Assembly: GCA_965655095.1 (NCBI GenBank) | Contig: OZ296658.1 | Location: forward strand, 79,732,001-79,796,000 | Reading direction: 5' to 3' | DNA: 64,000 nt | Source: Haplodiscus bocki | Taxonomy: Eukaryota | In this document: in pieces, positions 26,947 through 39,789 of the stretch | Layout of the letters: every line of letters starts with the position of its first letter | Numbering within the stretch: position 1 is the stretch's first letter | Notes under the pieces: generated by a model | What the model saw: the letters and a program-made list of their open reading frames with translations, nothing else | What the model was told of the DNA's origin: nothing | The model's database searches: none | Made by a program: the position numbers and the translations under genes

Positions 26947-28442
26947 TGTGAAACATTCAAACTTACTCAAACACTTATTGTATCATTCACTTATTAATTC
27001 ATATTTAGGGATACGTAGTAGATACGTATCCACCTAGTACGTACCCATGTAATTTATGTGGACGATACGTAGTAGTTACGTATCGTCCCATAACATTTAT
27101 TTCATGTAAAAGCACGTATCCGATACGTGTAATTCTGGTGAATTGATCCTTATTGGGACGGAATAGATGCGGAACAAACGAATATTCACTGTACTTTTAT
27201 ATTAATTTTAGGTGCTATTTCATATAAGTAATCTATTTAATTATTATATAAATCCACTTTTTTGAATGTGCAGTAATCTATTTAGATTGACAGCTGTAAC
27301 AAGTTTTCATTGGCTTAACCATTAGAACAGAGATTGACTTTAAAAGTGAATATTTGTTCCGTATGTGTTCCGTCGTAACTAATCTGTTGACGTCACTAGT
27401 AGCCGCCACGGAACACTCCGGCCAAAGTGAGGCCTGTAATCATGAATCTTTTGAGACTATAAACCTTAATTTTCGTTACTTTAAGTTATTTTTCAACTGT
27501 ATTATTGTATTTATTCCCTGTATGGAAAGAACTTTGATCTTTTGTTTAAGTTATTATTTATGATGACGGCGCGGGAATAACCGCTTTGATGTCCATTTCC
27601 GACGGATCGGACCATACTTTTTTCTGTCGAAAGATGGAAAAGACGCGGCCCGTGAGGGAAGAAATGAACGGAAGGGTGTTTATTTCCCGCCAAAATCGGC
27701 ATCCCATTTCTTTGATAAATAATATGATTAAAGTACTTTTCCCTATTTGTACCTTGATCTGGCGTGTAAACAATTATGTTTCCCGCCAAGGAAAGGTATA
27801 AATAGAAGAAATAAAAGTACAAGTATTATTATATAAATTGTAGCCTTTCGGTTTGGTACTTTTATAGAATATTGCGACTGTTTAGTATTGTTGTTTTCTA
27901 AAATCAACTTCGGACTTTTATACGATTGGAACTTGATCCCTCATACCAAGAGGAAATTCATCAATTCTTAAAATACAAGATATAAATTCAGTCTTCATCA
28001 CTGACAAGATTTTTCCCCTCAAGAACTATGGCAACACTGAGAAACAAGAGAAAATTAGCGGCAGTGTCAAGAGAAACGCCCGACAGCAGTAGAGGCAGTA
28101 GAGGATGGAATGTACTTGACCCTGAGTTAACCCAGGATTACATCTCCCTGGTCTCCGAGGAGATTGAAGGGAGGGTAACTAAGAAACTGTCGAAGGAGTT
28201 TAACAAAACGGAGTCACATATCTTGGGTGCTCTATCGAAACTTGACGAGTTTCTCCTTAACCCACAAGTGCGGACTTATTCCGTATTTTAGGGAGCGTCT
28301 AGAAACGCTAACTCAGAAAACCGGGAAATTCATGGGGACCGCTCCTCAAACGATCCTTATCCCGAAGGGGGGTATTTTCCTCACCACTCAGGACAACTCA
28401 ACAGTTCTGAGGCAGACATGGTGACGGAACCCTATCCTCACA
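26947..28442 (+). mobile_element. Solo-LTR-like unit containing a gag-like N-terminal ORF (MATLRNKRKLAAVSRE..., 28028-28291)
   Basis: Ends TGTGA...TCACA. The ORF resembles a Gypsy gag N-terminus I recall from acoel repeats. PBS-like CA-TGGTGAC occurs at ~28418. The left boundary and TSD are uncertain. Confidence 0.5.
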
Positions 28443-28566
28443 ATTGCAATGAAGATCTTTAGAAATACTTTGTATGAAGCTAGTGCCAGTCACTGCTATG
28501 CTATTTTGAAAAATAAAATTCTAATTTTTTTGCGACCATTTTAGTTTTTTTTGGAATCAAATGTCG

Positions 28567-28755
28567 CTAACCCGGGTCTACCAGGGAGAACTTACTACGG
28601 ATGCTTGCTTGTATCCCATCCCTGCCAGAGATCAAAACTGTGAGAAGATATTCATAAGAAGGCCCTGAGTGGCGATGACCAAGGTCGCTTACTCTAGCGG
28701 TAGCGATCGTGGATCGGGAGTCGACGGTCGGGGTGCGATCACAAGGGATGCCCAA
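28567..28755 (-). repeat. Dispersed GC-richer repeat, copy 2
   Basis: The reverse complement aligns by eye with 4930-5095. Confidence 0.55.
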
Positions 28756-29136
28756 ATTTTTAATTTTAATTGAACAAATTATCGGACAAACACGTTAAAA
28801 TCAAGACACATTGCGTAGGAAAAACGTCTAAATTGATTTGCTATCGCTGTAAAATTGTGTACAAACAGTGTTTGTGCAGTTTGCTGTTTGTTTAACATTT
28901 ATACATTGATGTTTCATTTTTTCATTATCTTGTTCGATCATATAACAATAAAATCGATTAAATAGAAAACGATGTTTGTTTCTGTTGTCAAAAATTTATA
29001 GTAGGAGTCCCTAATTTTTGAACCGATTGGGAAACGGATTGAATATGAAAATAGTGGATGTTCTTGCTCTAACTAAGTTATTATTAATCAGCATTAACTC
29101 ACTTATAACAAAAGTATGAATAATCTTTCGTCTCAG

Positions 29137-29367
29137 CATGCGCTGGAAAGGCAATGGTTGCAGACGAAGAGAGAGAAGGAGAGAGGAGACATGGATAAGG
29201 ATAGGGAGTACCTGAGACACATCACTCACAGGAAACAAGCCCTGCAGTCCTTACACGGCGGCACCCCTACCAACTCCTACTTGAGGACACAAACACCTTC
29301 AGAGCCCACCGGCGGCATTACTATAACCAAAGACCCCACGTCAACTTCAGGATCTAGTCACAAAAAG
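29137..29367 (+). CDS. Host gene exon (HALERQWLQTKREKERG...SGSSHKK)
   Basis: tctttcgtctcag acceptor and AAG|GTTGGT donor. 231 nt, phase 0-0. Confidence 0.8.
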
Positions 29368-30080
29368 GTTGGTCACGAAATAAAACCCAACGCGATGTTT
29401 CATATACACCTGGGTTGTCTTAGATTTGACTGAAGGTTCTGGCAGGACCTTGAATTTTTTTCAGACAGATTTCAGGATTTCAATAAGATTAATGATTCTG
29501 ATCCCCCAATCTAATACAGAAAAAAAAATTCCTCCAAAAAGTCCAAGTTTTCTGAAAAATTTCAACTCATCAAGAAGGATGTATCATAATGGTTTTATTA
29601 GAGCAAACTCCACCTAGCTTCGAAGAAAATTGTCTCCTTACGTGGTTTTCTGAAGATTTTTGATGGTTTATGAGGAGATATGTTACCATAATAATTCTAT
29701 GTTATTTTCTTTTAAAACCAGGAGCTTCCGTTCATTTGTATATATTTCTCAAATCCCAGCTTGGCGCCAAAAAACCAGAGAGCTTCGGTTTTACAAAATT
29801 TTGCTGTAGGTGAGGCATTTATCACAGATTAATTGGTGTACGCAAGGAGGGAAATGTAACTAAAAATTTGGTTACTTCAATTTCGAAATGTCAAAAATCA
29901 AAAGCTATGGAGTCAGAGAGAAGGTCCTAATTGCGCCCAAAAATGAAATGTTTTAGGTTTTCGTGAGAGTGTTTCTCGAATATTCCGACTCCTCACATAG
30001 ATTATCTTGGTTGACACGCTGCTGGTTTTATTTATTGGCAACGAAAAAAAAACGAAAGACTTCGGTCGCAGGCTGCCGCC

Positions 30081-31797
30081 TGTGACGCCTGATCTACTCC
30101 GTTAATAACAATGGACAAAACCCGGGCATGCAGGGATACGCATTGCCCCTATTCGAAGATTAAACTGATAAAACTCTCATTAAATAAATTGCTGGATAAT
30201 TCCCCCCCCCTCATTTTTATAAAAAATAAGATATATATTTATATAATAATATATATACATATGCAATCCTACGCATATTTATGTACTTATGTGCAAAATC
30301 CATACCAATAGCTACCAAGCTAGTATCATTAGCGAACGGATATAAACAAATGCTTATAGTGCTTAATTAACTTGCAGTCTTATACTCAATTCTGATTGGT
30401 CAAAACAAGTATACTTGTCAAAATTTTGACCAAGCGACAGCGCTGCTGGAGAGTGGTCAAAAGTCGGTCACAAGGACCTAATTTTGACCACTTTGCTTAA
30501 GGCGAGTGGTCGCTTCTGAACAAAAGACGAAATACGGCAAAATGAAGTCGCAAATATCAAAGTTTGACTATATCTATTTAAAAGACGTTGCTATGTAATT
30601 ATATAAGTATATAATTATTTATTATGTGATGCTAAATTATCAAGTACTTTTTATTAGAAAATCCTAGGTGAAAATTAGTGGTTGGTCAAAAGACGGTCAT
30701 AATGCCCATCTTTTGACCACCATACCTTAATTTGAAGCCAAACTTGTGCATGAAGCCTTTCCATGATATAAACCATACATGCAAACATTATTTCTTGACC
30801 TGAAGCGTTTATCCAGATTTCGTAGCCATATTTTGACTGTCATGATTTTTCGGCATTCCCACCTTTGATGTTGAGTTTATTACTATATTTAAACTGACGC
30901 CATAATGATGATATATAGGATTCGGGTTAAGCCCTTTGATGTTTTGATTATAAATAGAATTGCGAACATGACGTCAGTAGATTGTGCCACCCAATTGGTC
31001 GACGAATGTTCGGTCAAACGAAGAAAAGGGTGACCCACAACCAATTGAAGAGCCACCACCAGAAGGAAGATTGCGATTCTAAAATACATTTCAATAAAAC
31101 ATTCATTCTGAGCTGATACCGTTTATTTTGGATTGTTTAAGCCCTCAACAAGCTTTGATTTGTAAATTGCCATCACGTTGTTATGTTGCCGTTAATATTA
31201 TAATCTCCAGTATAATTGATTTATTAAAATAAACATGGTTTCTACTCGCAAGAAAAGACAGTCAAATAGAAGTCTCCTCAGCCAATTAGATGACTTCGAT
31301 CAAGATATGATTATTGGCAACGCAGCTAGTGAAACACAAGGAAATACAGTGGTCATTGAAGGTACTGATGACCGAGACTTTACCGTTGGTAGTTCTAGTA
31401 ATAACACGGCGATTAATGAAAGTACGGTGAATGTGAAAACCTTGGAAAGGTGTTTTAATGAGAGGATTGACAGGGAAATGAACAATATTGTTGATACAGT
31501 TGGAGACAGGATACAGAATGCAATTTTGACTGCTATTGATAGCATTATTAGCAAAAATTGAATTAGCAATCAGGTCAATAAATGCATCTTCTGGACGGGA
31601 TGTGACTAGTGTGACTGCAAACTCAGAACGTGGGGAACATGTAAGGATTAATGCCTCTTTTGAAAACGCATCTGGAAACAACAATGTACTACATGTATCG
31701 AATGTAAATGATGAGACTCGACATAAAATTCCGGACGAGGTAAGTGAGTTGTCCGTCCCAGAAACATATTTCGACCGGCAACCACACACTCATCGCA
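30081..31797 (+). mobile_element. Solo-LTR-like unit containing a frameshifted gag-like N-terminal ORF (MVSTRKKRQSNR..., 31235-31805)
   Basis: Ends TGTGACG...CATCGCA with an imperfect 5 bp TSD (CCGCC/ACACC). The two ORFs 31235..31561 and 31536..31805 join by one frameshift and end at the right boundary. Confidence 0.5.
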
Positions 31798-32371
31798 ACA
31801 CCTAATCAACCACAAGGGCAAGGATTTCCAAGCCGAACAAGTTCAAGTAAAAGATGATTAAGGACAAACTATTTACTTCTTTCATCAGATTTTCTAATGG
31901 TTCGGTCAAATTAATAATTTTGTAACGAATTCTAGACGTTTAATCACACATTTTCTTGACGTGACTCAAATTCTTAAACTGGTTTTGAGCTAGCAAATTA
32001 GGCATTCTCAAGTTGAATGTGATCGCTTCCCCATTGTTTGGGTACATCCGCTTTCAGATTTTTGGTGTCTTTTTTATGACTTTAGGTCCGGCCACATTTT
32101 AACTTCTGGTGCTGATATCCACAGTCACCGAGTCCAAATATAGCGGGTATGAAGTTCATGTACTCTGGCATACGTGTAACATTGTGTTAGATCAATTTAT
32201 TGGCAAAAGTGTAGATTGAGGCGTTTAAAGATCCCTTAACATCTGTACCTAACCTAAGTTCACTTTCAGAAGGTCAAAATTGACCGCTTCTAGTTTTGTG
32301 TTATCAAACAAAGGATCATGACCGACTGAATGAGGTGAGCTGCGTTTGATCAAGGATGACTTTTCGGTTTA

Positions 32372-33985
32372 CAGTCTACCCTGGATAGAGCGTACCCCCG
32401 GTATAACGTAACCCTCTTTACAGCGTAACCCAACCCTCAGTCCCTGGTCCCAAACCGGACGATGCAATACTAATTCCGCCCGGGTATAACGTACCCTCTA
32501 TGTAAGGTAATTCTCTATACTACGTACCGCCACTGTGGACGCGAAGCGTAATGCGCCTATTGTTTTGCGGATGGATGTAGCGTACCGTGCACACTCAATT
32601 TGATTGGCTAAGCCGGCTTCCATTGTAATAGCGTACATGTAACCGCCAACTGGCTCGGCTTCCACTGTAACAGCGTACACGTTACCGCCAACCAGCTCAT
32701 CCTCCACCATGTTGGCGGCCGCCGTTAGAAAGAGAAATCAGCGGACTGTACAGGAAAAATACATGATTATTCAAGCCTAAGAACAACGAAAAACTGAGGT
32801 GGGAATTAAATCGACTCTTGGTCGAAAATTTGATTTACCAAGCATTAGTTCATTAAACAGCATTCTAGCAAAAAAAGGACAAGATTTAGCACAAGTTTAC
32901 TTTCAAATTTTACGATGCAGAGGAAGCGTTTTAAGTCGAGTACGTTTCCAGTAATTGATCAGGAGCTATACCAATGGTTCCTCCGAATGCGCACAATTAA
33001 TGTAGAGTTATCATGCGATTTATTGATTCATCAGGCCAAATTGATTGCTGCGTCCAAGAACGTCGATAATTTTAAGGCGAGCAAAGGTTACTTTGAGGGG
33101 TTCAAAAGTCGCTACAACATTGCTTTCAAAAAACTTCACGGAGAGGGTGCTGCTGTGAAGTTGTCGACGACTGGTTTGCTAAGATTCCACATCTTACAGC
33201 CGAATATACCACGAGCGACATTTTCAACTCATCCAAAAATTCAGCTTAAGAGTATTCGCTTGGTATTCTTTCCCCCAAATGTTATTTCGCGCTCTCAGCC
33301 TATGGATATGGGTGTCATTCATTCGCTAAAAACTAATTATAAGAATGGGCTCCAACAGCGAAGATTTCAGTTGCTGAACGTTGGTCTTGACGTCCATCCC
33401 ATCAACTTACTCGATGCCATTATTCTGTTAAAGAAAACAGGATTAGACGGCGTTGCGGCTTCTGTTATAGTTAACTGCTTCAGAAAAGCTGGATTCTCAA
33501 TGAACTTGCAGGAACCAGAAGTATTGTGTATCACCGATCAGGAAAACGACGAAGCCGAACCCGGTGTATACACTGATGACAGTTTGCTAACATCGGCCCC
33601 GATGTAGGGAGAAGACATTACTCTGCCTCCGGCATCTGTGACTGATCCCGAGAACCCAACTGAAGTTGTGGAAGGCGAGCAGGTGCCGGTCGAAATCACA
33701 GAAGTAGACGAAATCTCGGAGGTGATTGTGCCAAGCACACGCGAGGCATATTTGGCTGTGAATACGGCTCAAACCTTTTTTTTGAGCTTAGGTCAGGAAG
33801 AAGATGCTGCGGAAATTTCGAAATTTGTTGAAAAAGTTAATAGAATTGCTGGTGATTCGCTTAAGCAAACAACAATTGACAATTTCTTTTCAGACAAATT
33901 TTTCTCATTGGATATAGCGTAGGACTGGATATAACGTAACTTAGTTTTCGGTCCCCAGGGGGTTCGTTGTGTCCAGGGTAGACTG
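32372..33985 (+). mobile_element. pogo/Tigger-family (Tc1/mariner superfamily) DNA transposon, internally deleted
   Basis: Perfect 14 bp TIR CAGTCTACCCTGGA with TA duplications at 32370-32371 and 33986-33987. Subterminal TATAACGTA repeats occur at both ends. Confidence 0.92.
32720..33922 (+). pseudogene. CENP-B/Tigger-type transposase remnant
   Basis: CENP-B HTH (IDQELYQWFLRMR...FKASKGYFEGFKSRYNI), DDE_1 C-terminal motif FFPPNVISRSQPMDMGVIHSLK and the Tigger-type tail KQTTIDNFF. Contains frameshifts, a stop and a central deletion. Confidence 0.88.
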
Positions 33986-36900
33986 TATTCTCTATGTGGT
34001 TTTCGCGTTTCCCGCAAATTCTAAGCAAATTTTTCGTTGCACCCAGTGGGGTTGCGCAATTACGACTTTGTTTACCATCTGTATACTTGTGACGGGAGAA
34101 ATAGTTTATACCGAAAATTTAGTAAATTGAATATTCTGGAAATTCTGAACATTTATTAGTGCTATCAAGTGGAGAAAAACAAAAACCACGTGGTTCGGAA
34201 CAAGGTTTTCATAACAAGTCCTGCACATGTGAAAACCAACAACTTTTGGAATCTTATTCAAAAAAGTGAAACCACGTTAGTAGCTACGTCGTAGAATTTT
34301 GAAAAATATGATGAAAACTAGTGATTTTGTTCGTATACGTGTTGATATTAAATCCCATCCTGTTCACAATTCTTTCGACCATCTCTTTCCTTTTTTTATC
34401 ATTTCTCGGAAATCAGTCAGTGAATTGAATTGACATGCTTTAATTTTCTTTCATTACACACTACACTACACACGTGCTTTTCCAAAAAAAAACAATTCTT
34501 TCCGTAGTTTTATTATTGCCTCTCAATCTGAATGGTGCTTTGAGCCCACCCGTCTCCGCGCATAAAAATAGCTCTATGAAAACACCTCATCTACCTTGGG
34601 CACTAATTATGCAAATTTATCAAAAATGCGACGCCAGAAAAAATGGACACATGAAAAACCATTCACACATTCTATTGTCGACCTTTACTGATCAAATAAA
34701 TCCTTTTTAGTAATTGTTCCCTAGTTGAGCAAAAATGCATTTCTTGAAAGACTCTCGCCAGATTCGTCTCAAAATAAAATTGTTGCAAAAATTGTGCGAG
34801 ATAATGCATGTCGCTGAATGAGACGAGCTTCTGCGAGAGATGTAGAAGACAGTTTACAAGACATGTCTTGAACGGAAACGATATATGAAACACCAAAAAT
34901 TCATTTTCCAGCCTCTAAAATTAGAGGACAGGTCCCACTTCTACACAGAAATGCGCTCCAGCTTTTTAACGAGCAAAATGTTTTTACGATTTAATAGTAT
35001 TGAACATTTTGCCAATAACCAACTAATACTTAATCATTTTATTTGTCAAATTAGCTCCTAGTATTTGGCATACTAACTGCTATACCAGTGGAAAGAAATT
35101 GTAAACATTTCAAACGTTAACCATGTGTTTGTGGCATAGCATTTCACATTTTGAGTCCCGCCAGTTCAACGCGGACTGAAATCATGAAGTCCTAAATCAC
35201 CCATACAGTACGATTGAACATTATGTCGAGCTCATTTTTTGTGTCGTCGTTGCGCCACTATAAACAAAAGCGCACCTCTTGTCTACAGAGAGCAAAATTA
35301 ACTCAATCCAGTGAAATTAAATAGGTATCATTGTAGTATCAGCGCCAATAACCCGAATATTGTTATTGTACTAAAACAGATTTGATTCCGGCTAGCGCAA
35401 CGCATATTTGAATAGTTTTTCTGATTTGAACAAAAATTTGAACCTGTTTTTAAAATTTATGATTCTTGGAAGTATAAAAACAATGGTTTGTATTTCACTA
35501 GACAATTGAATAACAACTTTTCCCTGATTGTTCAAAATGTCAAATTTTAGAGTAGTATTTAGGAACTTCAACGTTTATACGGCATCGCTCTGAAAGGAAC
35601 CCTCCTGGAAAATTGCGCCAAGACTAACAAAAACAAGGAGCTTGTTCAGCCTGGAATGCGTTAAGCAGACACGCAACAAGAAACTTTTTTGCAAGCGCGG
35701 GTCTGGCAACGCAACTGAGACCTGCAAAAGAAACCGGGAGTATGATTCGTTGATGCTAGTATGGTTGCTAATAGCATAACAAAGTTACAACTTCACATTT
35801 CGTTTTTTTTTGATAAAGTATTTCCCACGGTTTGACAGAGTTGATTGTCGAATAATTAGTGGAACGTAATACTTTTGTGGTTGAACTTTTTAAAGCCTGC
35901 AGGAGCTTTTACATGGAAAACACACCATGGAGAAGCTCAAAATGTGGAAGACTCACCCTACTCTATATCTCTACAATTCCAAACAGAGACAGTCAGCTTA
36001 ACAGAAGAAGAAGTCGTTGAGATGTCTCTGCGAAAAAAAACAACGTAACTCGGAAATTGAAGGCTGAGATCAAGAAATCAGAAAATGCTATCCTAAAAGC
36101 TTTATATTTCTTGTCAGAGAATTCACTAAAGGCCAATATTGACGGCCCATATGCCAAAAAAGCGTCGGACAAAAACAGTATGGTCTGGGACCAATTGTAA
36201 TCTCGTAGGACTGACTAAAACGAAAACAATATTGGACTATTGGACCAAATGACATGTTTGACGATAACCGAGGAGAATCAAATAACAATGAAACCCTTGT
36301 GACATTTTTGTTTATCAATGCCTTTCTTGCAAGTTTTTTGCAGGCAACATTTTTCCTACAAAGTTTTCACAAGAATCTTGCAAGAAATATTTTATTTGCC
36401 AGATTGTAGCAAGAATGAGCAAGAATCTTTTTTCATCGGCTATGTTTTGATGTTTTCGTGTTTTGCTTGATCAAATTGTCTTTTGTTTTTTTTGAGGCTT
36501 TGTCTTGCTAAAAACACTCCTACGAGTTTTTGTTGAGGCTGCTAATTGTATTAGATCATGTAAGATACTAAGTGTTTGAAAACTGCCTAAGTTCAAGATG
36601 CATGCAGGTTTTGTAAAATTTCATAGTATCAAACAATTTTCGAATGATTTTTTATGATTCATATTAAACTTTCCATGCCTAAAGATTGCATGCTGTTGTA
36701 AAATGTTTCCATTTCTTTCCAAGACTTTTATAAATTAGGCGGGGTTTTATCGGTTGGTCTAAAAGTTTGGCAGACAAAAAATGAATAAAACTTTTGCAAG
36801 TTTTTGGATGCAGCTCAAAGGAATTTATTTGGGACCCACAAATTATCAATTTGGCCTTGCATTACAAGAAAGTGAACACTGAATAGGTTCATAGCTATCC

Positions 36901-37240
36901 TTGCCGACTCAATAGTTAGCAAATAATAGCTTAACGGCGTCGCGGCGTCAAAAAAACAACAAATAAAAGGAACTTTGAAATAATAGTGAATGAATCATTA
37001 GAGGCGTGAGAAATTTTAAGCTTCTCCATTTCACTTGAAAACTTGGACTCACTTTCGATGCAGCAGTGAAAACATTCAAAATACTTGTATGCTAGCTGTG
37101 TGAATTGTCTATGTTGTAAAAATTTTTTGCCTGCGCTCATTAATGAACCATACGGAGTTTTAATGCAAATTCAACTAAGGTCGAAGTTTGTTTGATGCTT
37201 CAAAAGTACACAACCGTTCATATGAGCATTCTCTTCATTA

Positions 37241-37504
37241 CTCCAGTTGATCGAAAATAATTTTCCTGTAAAATTCTTGTTATTATTAGATATCTTGCCA
37301 GATTCTTATAAGTATCTTGCGACCAATGTATTCGTTGAAAGAATCTTGGCAGAAATGTGTTGCGAGGAAGGATCTTGCAAGAAATGCATCGACTTGCGAG
37401 AATTTTTCACGGATTTGATTATCTTTCAAAGTTCTTGCAAGAAATATGCTTCTGCGCGATTCTTGCTAGATACCTGCAAGAAATGCTTTTTTGCTCAGCT
37501 AGGG
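37241..37504. mobile_element. TCTTGCAAG-repeat MITE, copy 1
   Basis: TA-flanked TIRs CTCCAGTTGA / TCAGCTAGGG with internal TCTTGCAAG repeats. Confidence 0.7.
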
Positions 37505-38731
37505 TAAGTATTATAGAGTTTTAAACAGTTTCACATGATCGTATAATTCTATTTTTGACTGTTAAATTTATTTATCCTTACAAGTTTTTTTTTACTTTTA
37601 AGGAATTGACTATTTCGAAATAATGGGAAAAAATTTCATTAGCCGCGTGTTTTTTTTTTCAAAACCGAAACATGCCAATTGCGCACTTTTAAGAAAACGA
37701 CAGAATCAAAATATAGACTGCCCTCCCCCCCCCCCCCAAATTAATCTTGTTGTTTCTAAATTTCAATTTAAAGGTATTACAATTTGAATATTTGAAGTCA
37801 CCCAAGTGAGCTCTCCTTTATGGAAAACTCAACCGCGTTTTTTGCCCGGTGTTGTGCGTGGATGAAGTCCTTAGTCGAACTTGAATGAAAATTTTGCATG
37901 TTGCATTAATGCATGCAGTGATATTTTTGATATAACCTAGACAATTCAGAGATCTTGCTTGGAAAAATCTTAAAAAATTCCATACAACATGCAAAATTTT
38001 TCCGCAATCTCTATGCAAAATTTTGACAAAACTGATCAGAAATAACTTTCCTAATTTTTATATACTACTTCACCTGAGCAATGTAGTACTAAGCATTTGT
38101 GCCCTCTGCACAAACAGAGAGTAAGAACAAACTATCGACTGCACCCTGAGGAAAGTTAACCAAGATGACAAAAATTACACCAAAAAGAACCGATAGTGTA
38201 ACAAAAAGCTCGAACATTGGCGTCTGTTCGTTAAGACGCGTTCTGACCAAAAAGAAAAGTATTTGAAAAAACTGAAAAAAAACATAATTTTCAAGTTTTA
38301 AAGCCTCTGGTGGACAAATTTACAGCCTAATTTTAAGCATTGCAGTATTAGTTCTTGGAATTTTCGGTATTTTCTATAACTTTTGTTCTTATTTTTTGCT
38401 CAAAACTCGAAGGTAGAAAGTGTTCTGGAGGCGTCTAAATCATTACCGTAGTTATGATTTTCAAAACATCGAAAGTTGAGATAGCAGAACTAACTTCCTA
38501 TCTTAATACATATAGATACAAAGTATCAAAAACTAGTGTATTAATCGTGGAAATTTCAAACAAACACCATTGTAAACTAGATAAAATTCTAAGAAATATT
38601 TGTTTTGACCAAAACTTGTGATTTTCAGTTGTTTTTGAGTATCACGCAAGTATATGTATCGTTCCAATATTTAGTCACAAATAAATGTTCCATACTTTTC
38701 TCACATTTTTGAACTGAGTGTTGTGTTGTAG

Positions 38732-38810
38732 CAACAAGAAGTGCAGTTACAGCTGCAGCTGATGTTGGCCGAGCAGCAGCTGGTGTTGCAGAAGATAGAA
38801 GTACTGAAGG
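38732..38810 (+). CDS. Host gene coiled-coil exon (QQEVQLQLQLMLAEQQLVLQKIEVLK)
   Basis: TAG acceptor ending at 38731, phase 0. The donor is either GTCAGC at 38811 (phase 1, pairs with the acceptor at 43415) or GTTAGC at 38887 (phase 2, pairs with the acceptor at 43410). Confidence 0.7.
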
Positions 38811-39789
38811 GTCAGCATGCAATGACGGGACAACAGATTGAACTCTGTCCAGACAACCTGAGAGAGACCTGGCTAATACAATACACGTTAGCATGGCATA
38901 AATTATATGGTGCATCTTTTCTATTTTCCCTCGCCTCACGCCCTTCATTATTAACAAAAACTCTAACACCCCCCGCCCCTGACATGAGGGAACTCTGATT
39001 GGATAGCATTTATTGGCTCGCCACTTTTTGAACATCATGGAACATCACAGAAAAGATCTTATTATATGTCATTGTTCCAAAAATTGACGCGACTTTCTCC
39101 AGCCAAGGCTTGAAGAATCGAAAGATGTTTTTTGTTTTAGTTCAATTTCAATCCAGTTCACAATGTCTGGAATTTTCTCAAAAATGTTGGGAAAAGCGCC
39201 TCATTTTGTAAATTTTCTCACTCCCCCTATTTTCAAACGTATAATCTGCCAAATCATGAAGCAATGACTTCAAACTACTTCGTATACCTCATTAGACTCT
39301 ATCTTTGGAGTCTAGTGAGGAATAAGCTTAAGTTGATATAAAATAACTTACAAGTTTATCTCAAATCACAGAAGTTGTGATAACTAACAAAACTTTTTGT
39401 TGATATCAATTGTATATCAACGTACTTGAATGAATTCTTGGGAGCATGAGAAAAAATCTTTCGAAAATGATTAATGAACTGAATTGAAATTTTTAAAGCT
39501 CAGCGGTTTACTAATCTCGTATCGATATCGATGGAGCACAAACAATCCAATTTCAAGCCTCTATTCTCGCGTTGGGAAGACATGTCCACTATGCCATGAT
39601 CACGCCATCATGGAGGCATGGCTGTAATGTTTCTAGACATGATCTGCACGGTTTACCTCATGATGATGGCATGTTATTTATGTTTTGCATCGTTTTTGAA
39701 AATTCAAAATTAAGGATAGGATTTTTTTTCAGAATAGATGAATTTTTTCGTAAGGAAAATATTCAATTCAATAATTTTTCCCTGATTTT

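Noticed and set aside
35560-36200. Possible host exon or hAT-type transposase remnant (…KAEIKKSENAILKALYFLSEN…)
   Set aside because: It is frameshifted, has no clean donor and has no diagnostic motif I can name confidently.
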